Assembly: GCA_905178155.1 (NCBI GenBank)
Contig: CAJINV010000002.1
Coordinates: forward strand, 6,242,476 to 6,306,475
Origin: Amoebophrya sp. A120
Lineage: Eukaryota; Protista; Dinoflagellata
Length of the DNA: 64,000 bases
Direction: 5' to 3'
Shown: one piece after another, positions 10,256 through 19,604 of the stretch
How positions within the stretch are numbered: position 1 is the stretch's first letter
Layout: every line of letters starts with the position of its first letter
Program-made: the position numbers and the translations under genes
Notes under the pieces: model-generated
Database searches by the model: none
What the model saw: the letters and a program-made list of their open reading frames with translations, nothing else
Told to the model about the DNA's origin: nothing

Positions 10256-13200
10256 CTAATAGCCCGTCATCGGGGATATTTTCATGCAGTTTGTGATCAG
10301 AATCTTATTCACCGCCTCCATCGTGTTTAAGACCTTGTCTCGCTGCTGACTGAAGTCGGCTTCTGCTTCCCTCGTCGCTATAAACGTCTGCATGTGGAAC
10401 AGGTTCTGCTCATACCTACAGTAATTTTCGGTAGAGTTGGGATTTTATTAGAGAAGTCGCTTTTTGTCACGCCAGACCAAGCATTGCATCCTTATCTTTT
10501 CTTTTCATACAGCAACAGATTCACAAGCCAAGCAATACTGCTTTATCTTGTTTTCCAGCGCCTCCAAGTTCTGGTTCGTTTCGTTATCTGACAACTGCTG
10601 CTTTTTCCCGTCCACTTTTATCTGCAGAAAATGCACCAAGTTGTGCAACTGTGCGAGTCTCTGGTCGTATTTTGCCTTTCTCCTGGTCAACTCGGTTGTC
10701 TGCATCTGCTTCTCCGCACGCATAGAGGTATGCAAGGAAATTTTTGTGCATTTTGACTTTGCGTTGTGTGGTCCCACCTCGTCTCGTCGTGTCCTGAAGC
10801 AGTTCAAGTCTATATATAATTGTCGTGTTGTTGTACGTCATATGTATTGCCATTGTCCTTGTACTGACTGGACATAGAAGTAGGAGTACGACCAGTACAA
10901 GACACGACCTGCATTAAGAAGTTGTAGTACACCTACAATCGATGTGACAGCACAAGTTCGCGTTGGTGACTCAAAGCCATCAAAAGCACTTCGATTTCCC
11001 GACATAGCTGTCCACGTGGAGATACTTTTCTTGTATTTCCTTTTCCATCGTCTGTTGCTTCTGTGCGAGCTGAACCTGTTCGATAATTATTATATATTGC
11101 TTTTTTCAGTCTCTGACACTTCTCTTGCATGTTGAAATAGGGCCTGTTGGCAGAGTATGTGCGAGACACGCAAAAGAACAAATTGTTCTTCAACTGTTCT
11201 CGCCCTAAGAACCTGCGTCCTATCTTCAGTACCAGTTCCTGCGAAATCTTCGCGTCTAGATTTCTAATTTTCTCCAGCTCTTGCTTTCTCTTGTCCACTT
11301 GCCCGATTAATTTTTGATTGGTTGCGGTCGACTGGTCAAGCTGCGACTTTTTGAAATTCAGCTCGTCGTCCAGTTCCTGGCCCAGCTTGTCCAAGTCTCC
11401 CTGAGATTTCTGCCCGAGGTACTTGCTCGTGTCTTCCAGGACGGCTGTTTTTCATGAACATGGATCGCTTGATGAGGTGCATTCACGCATTTCAGTATTA
11501 TTTCGCTGGAACCAAACACGTACTTTCTCCTGGCGAAACAGCAATCTTACTCGAGCCACGCCAAAAGATTTTGATCAGGCGCAGAAAAAAACTATGCGAA
11601 CATCGACAAAGTAGTTGTTGACATCGGTCACCATACCAAGCTCCTCGGTCTAAATTCAGACTTTAAAATCGTTCGGAATTTCAAAACGTACAAAAATCGT
11701 AGATCGAAAATCAAAGGGAGAGCAAAACTAAAACTAAACCAAAACACCACGCCACTGACTCACATGAACAAAATGAAACTTCAAAACTTTCTGCAGCTTC
11801 TAATCGTGTTGAACATATAAAACCCGACCCGATTCTGGAACTTGAACCAATTCGAACGTCCTCGCTGTGTTCTGAGTTTAGACCGCACCAACATAGGTTA
11901 TCAGCCTGCTTTACAGTTTTTAAGTTTGCCACTTTAAAACTTTCGCCAATAGTTTTTATCGCTTTTTGTTTTTAACTTTGAGCCAAACCCCATAAGAATT
12001 ATAGCGTTTTTATATTGGTGACATTTTGCACACAAAAACAAAAACCATGACTCTCAACGCCGGGCAGTGGGTGAACATCGCGGGCGACAGTTTCTTCTAC
12101 CTGCGCAATGAAGGGCGTACGCGGGTGCTGATCCAGATGGCGGACGATGACGACTATGATTTTGTCGCGCTTTCGACGCCTTGGAAAGTTTTCCGCAAGC
12201 ACATGCGCACGAAGATGGAGCCTGACGCCACCACCGCAAAAATGACGGACGCGATGACCTGCATGCTGCTGCTGGCTTACGACAAATATCTGGAGGGGAA
12301 ATTCATGGACAGCGCCGAAGAACGGGCGCAGTGGCAAGATGGTGAGGACGAAACATTTTTTGACATTCCGCCGCCGAAACCGAAAGCGGAAAAGCCGGAG
12401 GAGAAAACGAAAAACACGGAGTCCGCTCCTGTAACTCCTTCCGCCGCTGCTGCCAAGACTATCCCCGGAGTTTATTCGAAAATTGTTGAGCGCCCCCCCG
12501 TGCTTAGCAAAGAACCAACCCCGAAGGACTTCATCGAGGAGGTTGAGCGCTGGGTAGGCATTGTGGGAAAATATTTTTCGGACGAAGCCGACTATCTTTA
12601 CCTGCTTCGCGGTGGGATTGATGATGAAGAACTTCGCCGGAATTTGAAGCATTGCAAAACCTGGGCCACCTTCCTGCCGAAGTTGAAGGAGTTACTTTTA
12701 CCGGATAGCGCTGGGCAGATCTTGGCAGCTTGGAACGATTTCGCGGGTTGTAACCGTGGCGATTCCAATTACAAAAATTTTATCGAGGAATGGGAACGGT
12801 GCAAGCGCGAAATGGAGGCGCAGGGGGTTCCGGTGACGGATCCGCTTGCCGGTGTTCTGCTTTTCACCGCCGCAAACTTACCGGACACGGAGAAAATTGT
12901 TGTTCTGGGTAACCTTCGCGGAGATTTTTCGCTTGACAAAGTGAAGAAAGCGCTGAAGGACTTGGGCGACGATAATCCGGCCGGGGCTACGGTGTGCGCG
13001 ACGGTGACCACCTGCACGCATTGCAAGAAACCGGGGCACGAAGAAAAATCTTGCTGGGTCAAGTATCCCGAGCTGAAGCCGAAGAACAAGGGGAAAGGCA
13101 AAGGCAAGAAAGGGAAGAAGGGGGACAAACCTCAGGGGGAGCCCCGCCGGGCGTGACTAGCGTCGCGATCCGGAGATGAAGAAAATTTGACTAAAGATTT

Positions 13201-16200
13201 TTGCGATCATTCCGAGGGTGGTAGGGATGATCCCGGTGCGAATGCGGAGCGGGAAGGCGGAAAAGAAATTTATCAAACAATCGAGGCGGAGTGCAACTTT
13301 TTAGATATTCGGAAACCGCATGCAGCGCAGTGGTTTCAACCTTTAACCAACGGGAGAAGCTTGCAGACATCCAGGAAGTTTTTACTGGATTCATGTGCGA
13401 CCGCGCACATTATCAAGGATTCGGATTTGATTGGAGACGAAACTAACAGGCTGGCAAACGTAACTTGTGCGAACAAAACGCGCATTGAAAAACAGAAAAT
13501 AGTCCGTCCTACCGCGTTAGAGTCGGAACAACTTGGAACGATCAACCTCGGCGAAGCTATCCACGCTCCTGGTGTGGGCTACAATATTCTATCGCTAAAG
13601 CTTTTGATCGACGATGGGTATAAAGTCAATGAAAACTTTACCCGCCTACGGTTCGGGAAATCGAAGCGCTTCGAGCCGATTACCTGGGACGGGAGCGACT
13701 TGCCGACGCTACAGCTGGCGCCTATCAAAGAACAATATAAATGCTTTACGGTGGAAGCGGTTGAAGACGCAGCGGAAAACGAAGCCGCCGAACTTCACCG
13801 AAGGCACGGCCACACCACGGCGCGGAAGGAATGCAAAATTTGCGCACGACAAAAGGCGCAGCGCAAGCCGCACAAGAAAAACCGAAAGGGACGCGGTAAG
13901 CAGAAGCGCGCGGAGAAATTCGGCGACAAAATTCACGGCGACAGCGTCGGACCGATGCCAAAGACCAAGAATTTTAAGTATTTCAACTCGTTAACCGATG
14001 AGGCTACGCGTTGGGTACAAGCTACGCCGTTGGCAACGCATAGCGCAGCGGAATCACGCAGGGCGCTACGCAGGTGGATCAAGCGAAACAAGCGACCGGA
14101 GACCGTCCGCACAGACAACGGGCGCGAGTTCCTTGCAGAGTTCGAAAAGGAATGCATCGACCACGGGATAGCCATGGAAACTTCAGCACCTTACACGCCG
14201 GAAGAAAACGGGCTGGCTGAAGCTACCAACAAGCGAATCCTGACGGTGTCGCGATGTCTTCTGCAAGATTCCGGATTGCCTGAATCGTATTGGCCGCATG
14301 CTATCGAGTGCGCCGCCTTTCTTCTAAACCGAACGCCGACGAAGATCCTCGGTGGGATTTCGCCATACGAAAAACGTTACGGGGAAGCGCCTGCCCTTGG
14401 GTTCCTTCGCGTTTTCGGGGAAGAATGCTGGTACCGCGATGAGCATCCAAAAACGAGTAAAATGGCGTCCAAGTTTATTCCAGGGATACTTCTCGGATAT
14501 TCAGAAGAATCCAGCGCCTACAAGGTGCAAGACGTGAAGACAAAGAAAATTTACGTCGTTCGCTCCGTCCGGTTTCCGTGTAAACTGACCAAGACCAAGA
14601 AACTGGAAACAGCTAAGGCCGAGCAGATGACGCCAACCGAAGAAATCGCAAACGCCGCAAAAGTTTCCAGCTTGAAAACCAAGGGCGCAGGTATTTCCAG
14701 CTGGAAATACAAAAACTCCGGAGGTTCTCCAGAAACGTCTCTCCTGGGCCCAGTTTGGGCATTTCTCATGGTGCTCTACTCGATCTTCGGGTCGTTATTC
14801 ACGATGCTGGCGGGCGACTTAGATTTTTCATGGGTGTGCCGAAGTAAGAAATCCAGACCGAAGAAACGCATGGTAGCACGGGCGACGCTGCAAGAGGTGC
14901 ATGCATATTTTACGCAGCACCGACCACCACCAGAATGGAAATTTTGGCGAAGACAGCGGAAGGGGCGCGCAAGTCGAAAACTCGGAATTTGTTTCGAAGT
15001 CGATGCGTTCCAAACGGTGGCAGCAGCTAAGCGGGACGACCTCGCGTCGTTCGCATCCAAATACCTTCCCGCAGAATCTATATGGAAGGATGGATATCTC
15101 GACACGCACGAGCAAAAACTGATCGACCGATTAGTACACGAAGCGCATTGCTTCGCCACCGAGCGAGTTCCACTACGTGAGGGGCTCAACGGGCCGAACG
15201 GCGTGGAGTGGCGTGCGGCAGTCGAAAAAGAATTTGACGGATTCAGGAAGCTAGGGGTCTACGAAGAAGTCCCATACTCAGCGATGGGTAAAAACGAAAA
15301 ATCCATACCGCTGATGGTATTGCTGGAGTTGAAGGACAACGGCACACGCAGAAAGGCGCGGGCCGTCGCGTTGGGAAACAAGCAGGCCAACGCCCCGCAG
15401 GATGTCTACTCTCCAGTTTGTACTCAGCTCTGTTTCCGGCTACTTCTACAAAAATTACTATCCGACCCAAAAATGGATTTTGAAATATTCGACATCAGCC
15501 AGGCCTTCCTACATGGAGACCTACGCGAGCGAGTTTTTGTGAAACCCCCTCCGGAATTGGCAAACCCGGAAAAACCGCTCTGGCTACTGAAGAAAAGTCT
15601 TTATGGGCTGACAGTGTCGCCCATGATGTGGAATATCAAATTTGTGGACTGCCTCAAATCGCTGGGGTTTACGCAGGCAGAAAGCGATGCCTGTCTGTTC
15701 ACACGGGGAGGGGTTAGGCTCTGCATCTATGTCGACGATTGTTTTGCAGTAGGACCACCGGACGAACTGAAGAGGGCGAAGGAAGAAATACTTTCGAAGT
15801 TTTCCGGGCGGGTGCAGGACAAAACCGCCGACAGCGTGCAGCAGTTTACGTTTTTGGGTGTCGATGTCAAGTACGACAAAAAGGCGAGAACGATGCACCT
15901 GAAAAATTCCGGGGTCATCGCCCGCATGCTGGACAAGTTCGGCGATCTCGTCGAAGGAAAACACGCTAAGACTCCGATCGTGACTCAATTGGTAGGCCAA
16001 ACGGGAGACACGGCGGAACCAGAGCACGACGAACACCAAGGAAAATTCCCGATGAGGGAAATAGTAGGCGTGATTCAATACTTACAGACTTCCTGCAGGC
16101 CCGATGTCGCTTACGCAGCGAAGGAAGTCGCGAGGTTTTTGGAAAACCCGAACAACGAAGCGAAAAGCGCAGTGCTACGCATCCTGGCCTATTTGCGTGA

Positions 16201-19049
16201 CACGAAAGACCATGGCTTATTTTACACTGCTACGACAGGCAGCGACGCGCGCAAAAACTTGCACGCATACTCCGACGCCGATTTTGCCGGAGAAGTTCCA
16301 GGGCGAAAAAGCACGACAGGGGGAGTCGTACTCTGGAACGGATCGCCAATCTCTTGGAGATCCTCGACGCAGCGACTAGTTTCGATGAGCACCATGGAAG
16401 CGGAACTTATCGCCCTAGCCACGCTAGTGAAGGACTTGAAATTTATCGACTACCTTTGCGCCGATATTTTCGGAGTTGGAGAAGAAGAAAAGAAAAACGA
16501 AAAACGAAGTCCCTGCTTGGTATCCTTTTCGGACAAATTCACAATCCGAACCCGTTGCGACAACGAGGCAGCGATCCAGCATGCTCAGAGGGATTTTGCC
16601 ACAAACCGCACCAAGCACCTAGACATCCGGCATAACTACGTAAAACAGTACTTGGGTGCGCTTGTGGACCTGACATACGTCAAAACCAGTGAGAATCTCG
16701 CTGATGTGTTTACCAAGCCAGTTACGAAGCAAAAGATGGATGCCATCAACATCCGAAAACCGTCCCAGTCGCCGAATCCCGATGAGAAAAAGAAGTAATG
16801 TGAAGTCAAAGTGGTAGTTAGCTCGTGATATACAGCAAGACCATATATCTCTACGTGTAGAATTTTACAAAAATTTCTCTACAAACATAAGACGGACCAG
16901 ATCCGCAAGTTTGAAAAACTCAAGAACTTTATCGAGATTTACTAATTAAAAACTATAGAAGTTATCTGATTCCGACGGAAGTACAAACACAAAGAAAAGA
17001 AGCAAAAACCAAAAACCTAGAAAGTTATGCGAAAAACCTTACAACAGATTTTATTTATTCTTTTCCTTGTGCTTGTTTTCAGTCTTAAGAATTTTACAGA
17101 CCTCGAGACTCAGTTTGAATTTACTAGGCGAATTACACTTACCAGTATAATTCGAGGGGGAGTATGTCGACATCGGTCACCATACCAAGCTCCTCGGTCT
17201 AAATTCAGACTTTAAAATCGTTCGGAATTTCAAAACGTACAAAAATCGTAGATCGAAAATCAAAGGGAGAGCAAAACTAAAACTAAACCAAAACACCACG
17301 CCACTGACTCACATGAACAAAATGAAACTTCAAAACTTTCTGCAGCTTCTAATCGTGTTGAACATATAAAACCCGACCCGATTCTGGAACTTGAACCAAT
17401 TCGAACGTCCTCGCTGTGTTCTGAGTTTAGACCGCACCAACAGTAGTTATCTATACCCAAAACCTCCTGCTGTTTCGCCTGCACCTTCATCTGTTCATCC
17501 TTCAGATTCCTCGGGAAATCTTCCAGAAATTTGCTCATTTCCTGATCTTTGGTAAACAGAACCTCGTATTTCTGCTGGTCCGCACTAGATTGCTCCGCGC
17601 TCGCGTTCACTTCTATCAGCTGCTTCTTGCAGTTCTCCATCTCTTTCCGCGTCTCGCTTATCCTTTCCTCCGTCCGGACGATTTCCTGATTGTTGTCCTT
17701 CACTTTCTGCAGCAGCAGATCCCGCTGCTCGGGGATGGATAATTGCGACTCTTTTGCCTGCTGCTCCAGGTTCTGCAGCTTCGAAAACAGCTGCACCCGC
17801 TTCTCCTTCAGTTCCTGCATGCGGAGCCGCAAAGGCTCCTGCCGCAGCCGCGACTCCCCCATCAGCAGGTTCTGCGAAATCATCTCCACCTCGTGCCGGA
17901 GCTGCGGCAGGCTGATTTTCCGGTTCTCCTGCTGCAGCTGGTCGTATTCGTGCCGTTGGTCCGGGTGCAAGTCGTTTAGTTTCTCCTCGTCCGCACGCGT
18001 AAAAGACTCTAGGATCTGATGCGAGACATTTTTTCTTGTTTCTCATGTTGAAACATGATCTTCAATCAAGGTACTTTTTATCGTCTTTATCCTTGATTCT
18101 CATGTTTTCGTGCTGTGACCACGAAACAAACATCCATGACAAACTCACCCCATGAAAAATTTTAGCCTGTACATCACATACCTCGTCAAACTTTTTTATC
18201 TCCTCTTCGTGTGATTTTTTCTCCAGAAAAATTTGGTCCATCTCCATCCTCTGGGCGTCATTCTGACTCTTCAGCAGCTGGTACATGTACTGCACCTCTT
18301 CCGGCCTCGTGTCCGTGCGCTGCTTGTCCAGGGCCAAATTGTAATCTGCAAGCTCCCCCTCCAAATTTCGGACCGTTTTTATCAACTGCTCATACCTGGT
18401 GATATCAAATGCCGTACAACATTTCCTCTTTGCCACTACTTACTTGCTTTTCAACATAACAATCGTACTTAATCCTTCCTGTCCAATGCCTACAAAGAAT
18501 GCCACGACCGGCATCAACCTTCAAGATTGAGAAATTACAGAAAGTCTCTTTATTCACGACCTTTTCTCCAGCATGGTGAAGGTGTTGTTGTCGTTCTGTA
18601 TTTCCACCATCTCCTGGTTGAATTTCTGGAGCGCGTCCCGCAATTCGTTGTGCTTCCCCCGCAGCTGCGTCATGTAATAGCTCTTGTCGTAAATTTGCCT
18701 CCCGGGCTTCCCCTGTCCCTGGTTCACGTGCACGCCCATCTGCGTGAGCGGCCGGTCCTGCACGCGCACGTCGGTGACAAGACCCACGCCCGGTCCCTGT
18801 CGCATCGCCGCGGTACCTGGTGTCGTAGAAAAATACAAATAGCTTTTCGCTTTTGCTCATAATAAAATCAACCGTAAAAATCAAATGGCACACACCTCGC
18901 TGATCTTCGTCTAAAAACTTACCCATCCGCATCGCACTGGTGCCCATCCGCGAGGCCGGCACCGGGGCCCGCAAGCCTCCCGGGGTCGCAGCGCCGGACA
19001 TGCCGCGGCCGGCGGACTGCATGCCCCGGGACTGGGGCCGGTTATTCAT
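10256..19049 (-). CDS. IFT74: Intraflagellar transport protein 74, multi-exon; one intron carries a copia LTR element
   Basis: MNNRPQSRG... N-terminus, then VQDRPLTQMG, RQIYDKSYY, LEGELADYNLALDK, coiled-coil exons, LSDNETNQNLEALENKIKQYEQNLFHM and stop TAG at 10256-10258. GT-AG intron 11445-17456 gives QQEVLAVLEDTSK. Confidence 0.9.
10729..11006. mobile_element. Decayed TAT...ATA introner in IFT74
   Basis: Degenerate inverted repeat (tatgcaaggaaatttttgtgcattttga vs tatgtcgggaaatcgaagtgcttttga). Removing the element plus 5 nt restores the frame (HVDSMRAEKQ). TSD no longer recognisable. Confidence 0.55.
11616..11893 (+). repeat. 5' LTR
   Basis: TGTTG...CAACA. Matches 17165-17442 except at position 4 (T vs C) by manual comparison. 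Confidence 0.97.
11894..11910 (+). promoter_or_regulatory. Primer-binding site of half-tRNA type (taGGTTATCAGCC)
   Basis: Lies immediately after the 5' LTR. Resembles the GGTTATGGGCCC/GGTTATGAGCC sites of copia/Ty5, which pair with a tRNA anticodon arm rather than the CCA end. Confidence 0.6.
12047..13156 (+). CDS. gag: Copia Gag with CCHC zinc knuckle
   Basis: ATG at 12047, CTHCKKPGHEEKSC knuckle, ends at TGA 13154-13156. Confidence 0.92.
   Translation: MTLNAGQWVNIAGDSFFYLRNEGRTRVLIQMADDDDYDFVALSTPWKVFRKHMRTKMEPDATTAKMTDAMTCMLLLAYDKYLEGKFMDSAEERAQWQDGEDETFFDIPPPKPKAEKPEEKTKNTESAPVTPSAAAAKTIPGVYSKIVERPPVLSKEPTPKDFIEEVERWVGIVGKYFSDEADYLYLLRGGIDDEELRRNLKHCKTWATFLPKLKELLLPDSAGQILAAWNDFAGCNRGDSNYKNFIEEWERCKREMEAQGVPVTDPLAGVLLFTAANLPDTEKIVVLGNLRGDFSLDKVKKALKDLGDDNPAGATVCATVTTCTHCKKPGHEEKSCWVKYPELKPKNKGKGKGKKGKKGDKPQGEPRRA
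13157..16798 (+). CDS. pol: Copia Pol (protease, integrase, reverse transcriptase, RNase H), in frame with gag after a single UGA
   Basis: Protease LLDSCAT; integrase HGD / RTDNGREF / NGLAE (DDE); RT DISQAFL and YVDD; RNase H YSDADFAG, EAE and ADVFTK. No internal stops. Confidence 0.95.
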   Translation, partial: LASRSGDEENLTKDFCDHSEGGRDDPGANAEREGGKEIYQTIEAECNFLDIRKPHAAQWFQPLTNGRSLQTSRKFLLDSCATAHIIKDSDLIGDETNRLANVTCANKTRIEKQKIVRPTALESEQLGTINLGEAIHAPGVGYNILSLKLLIDDGYKVNENFTRLRFGKSKRFEPITWDGSDLPTLQLAPIKEQYKCFTVEAVEDAAENEAAELHRRHGHTTARKECKICARQKAQRKPHKKNRKGRGKQKRAEKFGDKIHGDSVGPMPKTKNFKYFNSLTDEATRWVQATPLATHSAAESRRALRRWIKRNKRPETVRTDNGREFLAEFEKECIDHGIAMETSAPYTPEENGLAEATNKRILTVSRCLLQDSGLPESYWPHAIECAAFLLNRTPTKILGGISPYEKRYGEAPALGFLRVFGEECWYRDEHPKTSKMASKFIPGILLGYSEESSAYKVQDVKTKKIYVVRSVRFPCKLTKTKKLETAKAEQMTPTEEIANAAKVSSLKTKGAGISSWKYKNSGGSPETSLLGPVWAFLMVLYSIFGSLFTMLAGDLDFSWVCRSKKSRPKKRMVARATLQEVHAYFTQHRPPPEWKFWRRQRKGRASRKLGICFEVDAFQTVAAAKRDDLASFASKYLPAESIWKDGYLDTHEQKLIDRLVHEAHCFATERVPLREGLNGPNGVEWRAAVEKEFDGFRKLGVYEEVPYSAMGKNEKSIPLMVLLELKDNGTRRKARAVALGNKQANAPQDVYSPVCTQLCFRLLLQKLLSDPKMDFEIFDISQAFLHGDLRERVFVKPPPELANPEKPLWLLKKSLYGLTVSPMMWNIKFVDCLKSLGFTQAESDACLFTRGGVRLCIYVDDCFAVGPPDELKRAKEEILSKFSGRVQDKTADSVQQFTFLGVDVKYDKKARTMHLKNSGVIARMLDKFGDLVEGKHAKTPIVTQLVGQTGDTAEPEHDEHQGKFPMREIVGVIQYLQTSCRPDVAYAAKEVARFLENPNNEAKSAVLRILAYLRDTKDHGLFYTATTGSDARKNLHAYSDADFAGEVPGRKSTTGGVVLWNGSPISWRSSTQRLVSMSTMEAELIALATLVKDLKFIDYLCADIFGVGEEEKKNEKRSPCLVSFSDKFTIRTRCDNEAAIQHAQRDFATNRTKHLDIRHNYVKQYLGALVDLTYVKTSENLADVFTKPVTKQKMDAINIRKPSQSPNPDEKKK
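17154..17164 (+). promoter_or_regulatory. Polypurine tract
   Basis: GAGGGGGAGTA directly before the 3' LTR. Confidence 0.85.
17165..17442 (+). repeat. 3' LTR
   Basis: TGTCG...CAACA, 278 bp, followed by TSD GTAGT. Confidence 0.97.
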
Positions 19050-19604
19050 GTTTTTGTTGTATTTATTCACAAAATGTAGGACACTACAACGAGCTCGGGA
19101 CGAAGTAGACAAGATAAATCTACAACCGACTTCTGTATCCGTGCACGCAACTACACGCAGCTCCGTCATCCATCCCCGTATCTCCCAACGGACTCACCGC
19201 TCTATCTCACTCTTTCGCTCGGGCAGCTCGTCAGAGTAAAAAGAAAAAGAAAAACGTAAACCTCTGACTCTCATAAAACTAGGTGTCTTGTTTTTGTGCC
19301 TTGAACGGAAGGATGTCGCGCAGGAACAATCCGCAAACACCAATTCCAAACCGTGATGGCAGTTCAGAAGTCGCAACAAAAGAAACATAAAAAATCTTTC
19401 GCGCGCATTCATCTTCTGCAGAGCGAGAAGATTCCGTAAACGTGGTCTACGCAAAATGGAGTTCAAATCAACTCATTTAATGATACAAGCATTACACAGT
19501 CGTATCAAAATCGTCGCTGTCGCCATCACACTTCTTCTATCTAAAGGAGTGAAACACTAGTACTACACACCATATTTTCGTCCTTAGCTCGAAAATCTAC
19601 TTTC

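Larger units (their letters stand above)
11616..17442 (+). mobile_element. Full-length Ty1/copia LTR retrotransposon (5827 bp), antisense to the host gene IFT74
   Basis: Two 278-bp TG...CA LTRs, TSD GTAGT at 11611-11615 and 17443-17447, PBS, PPT, and gag followed by pol in PR-IN-RT-RH order. Confidence 0.98.

Noticed and set aside
11978-11987. ttgagccaaa, reverse complement of part of the dinoflagellate spliced leader (TTTGGCTCAA)
   Set aside because: Only 10 nt match, antisense within the retrotransposon leader; compatible with chance. No full spliced-leader relic was seen.
17260-17456. IFT74 ORF reading on into the LTR (…GIDNYCWCGLN…) as a fusion protein
   Set aside because: A GT donor at 17456 and an AG acceptor at 11445 give a proper IFT74 junction, so the extension is intron read-through.
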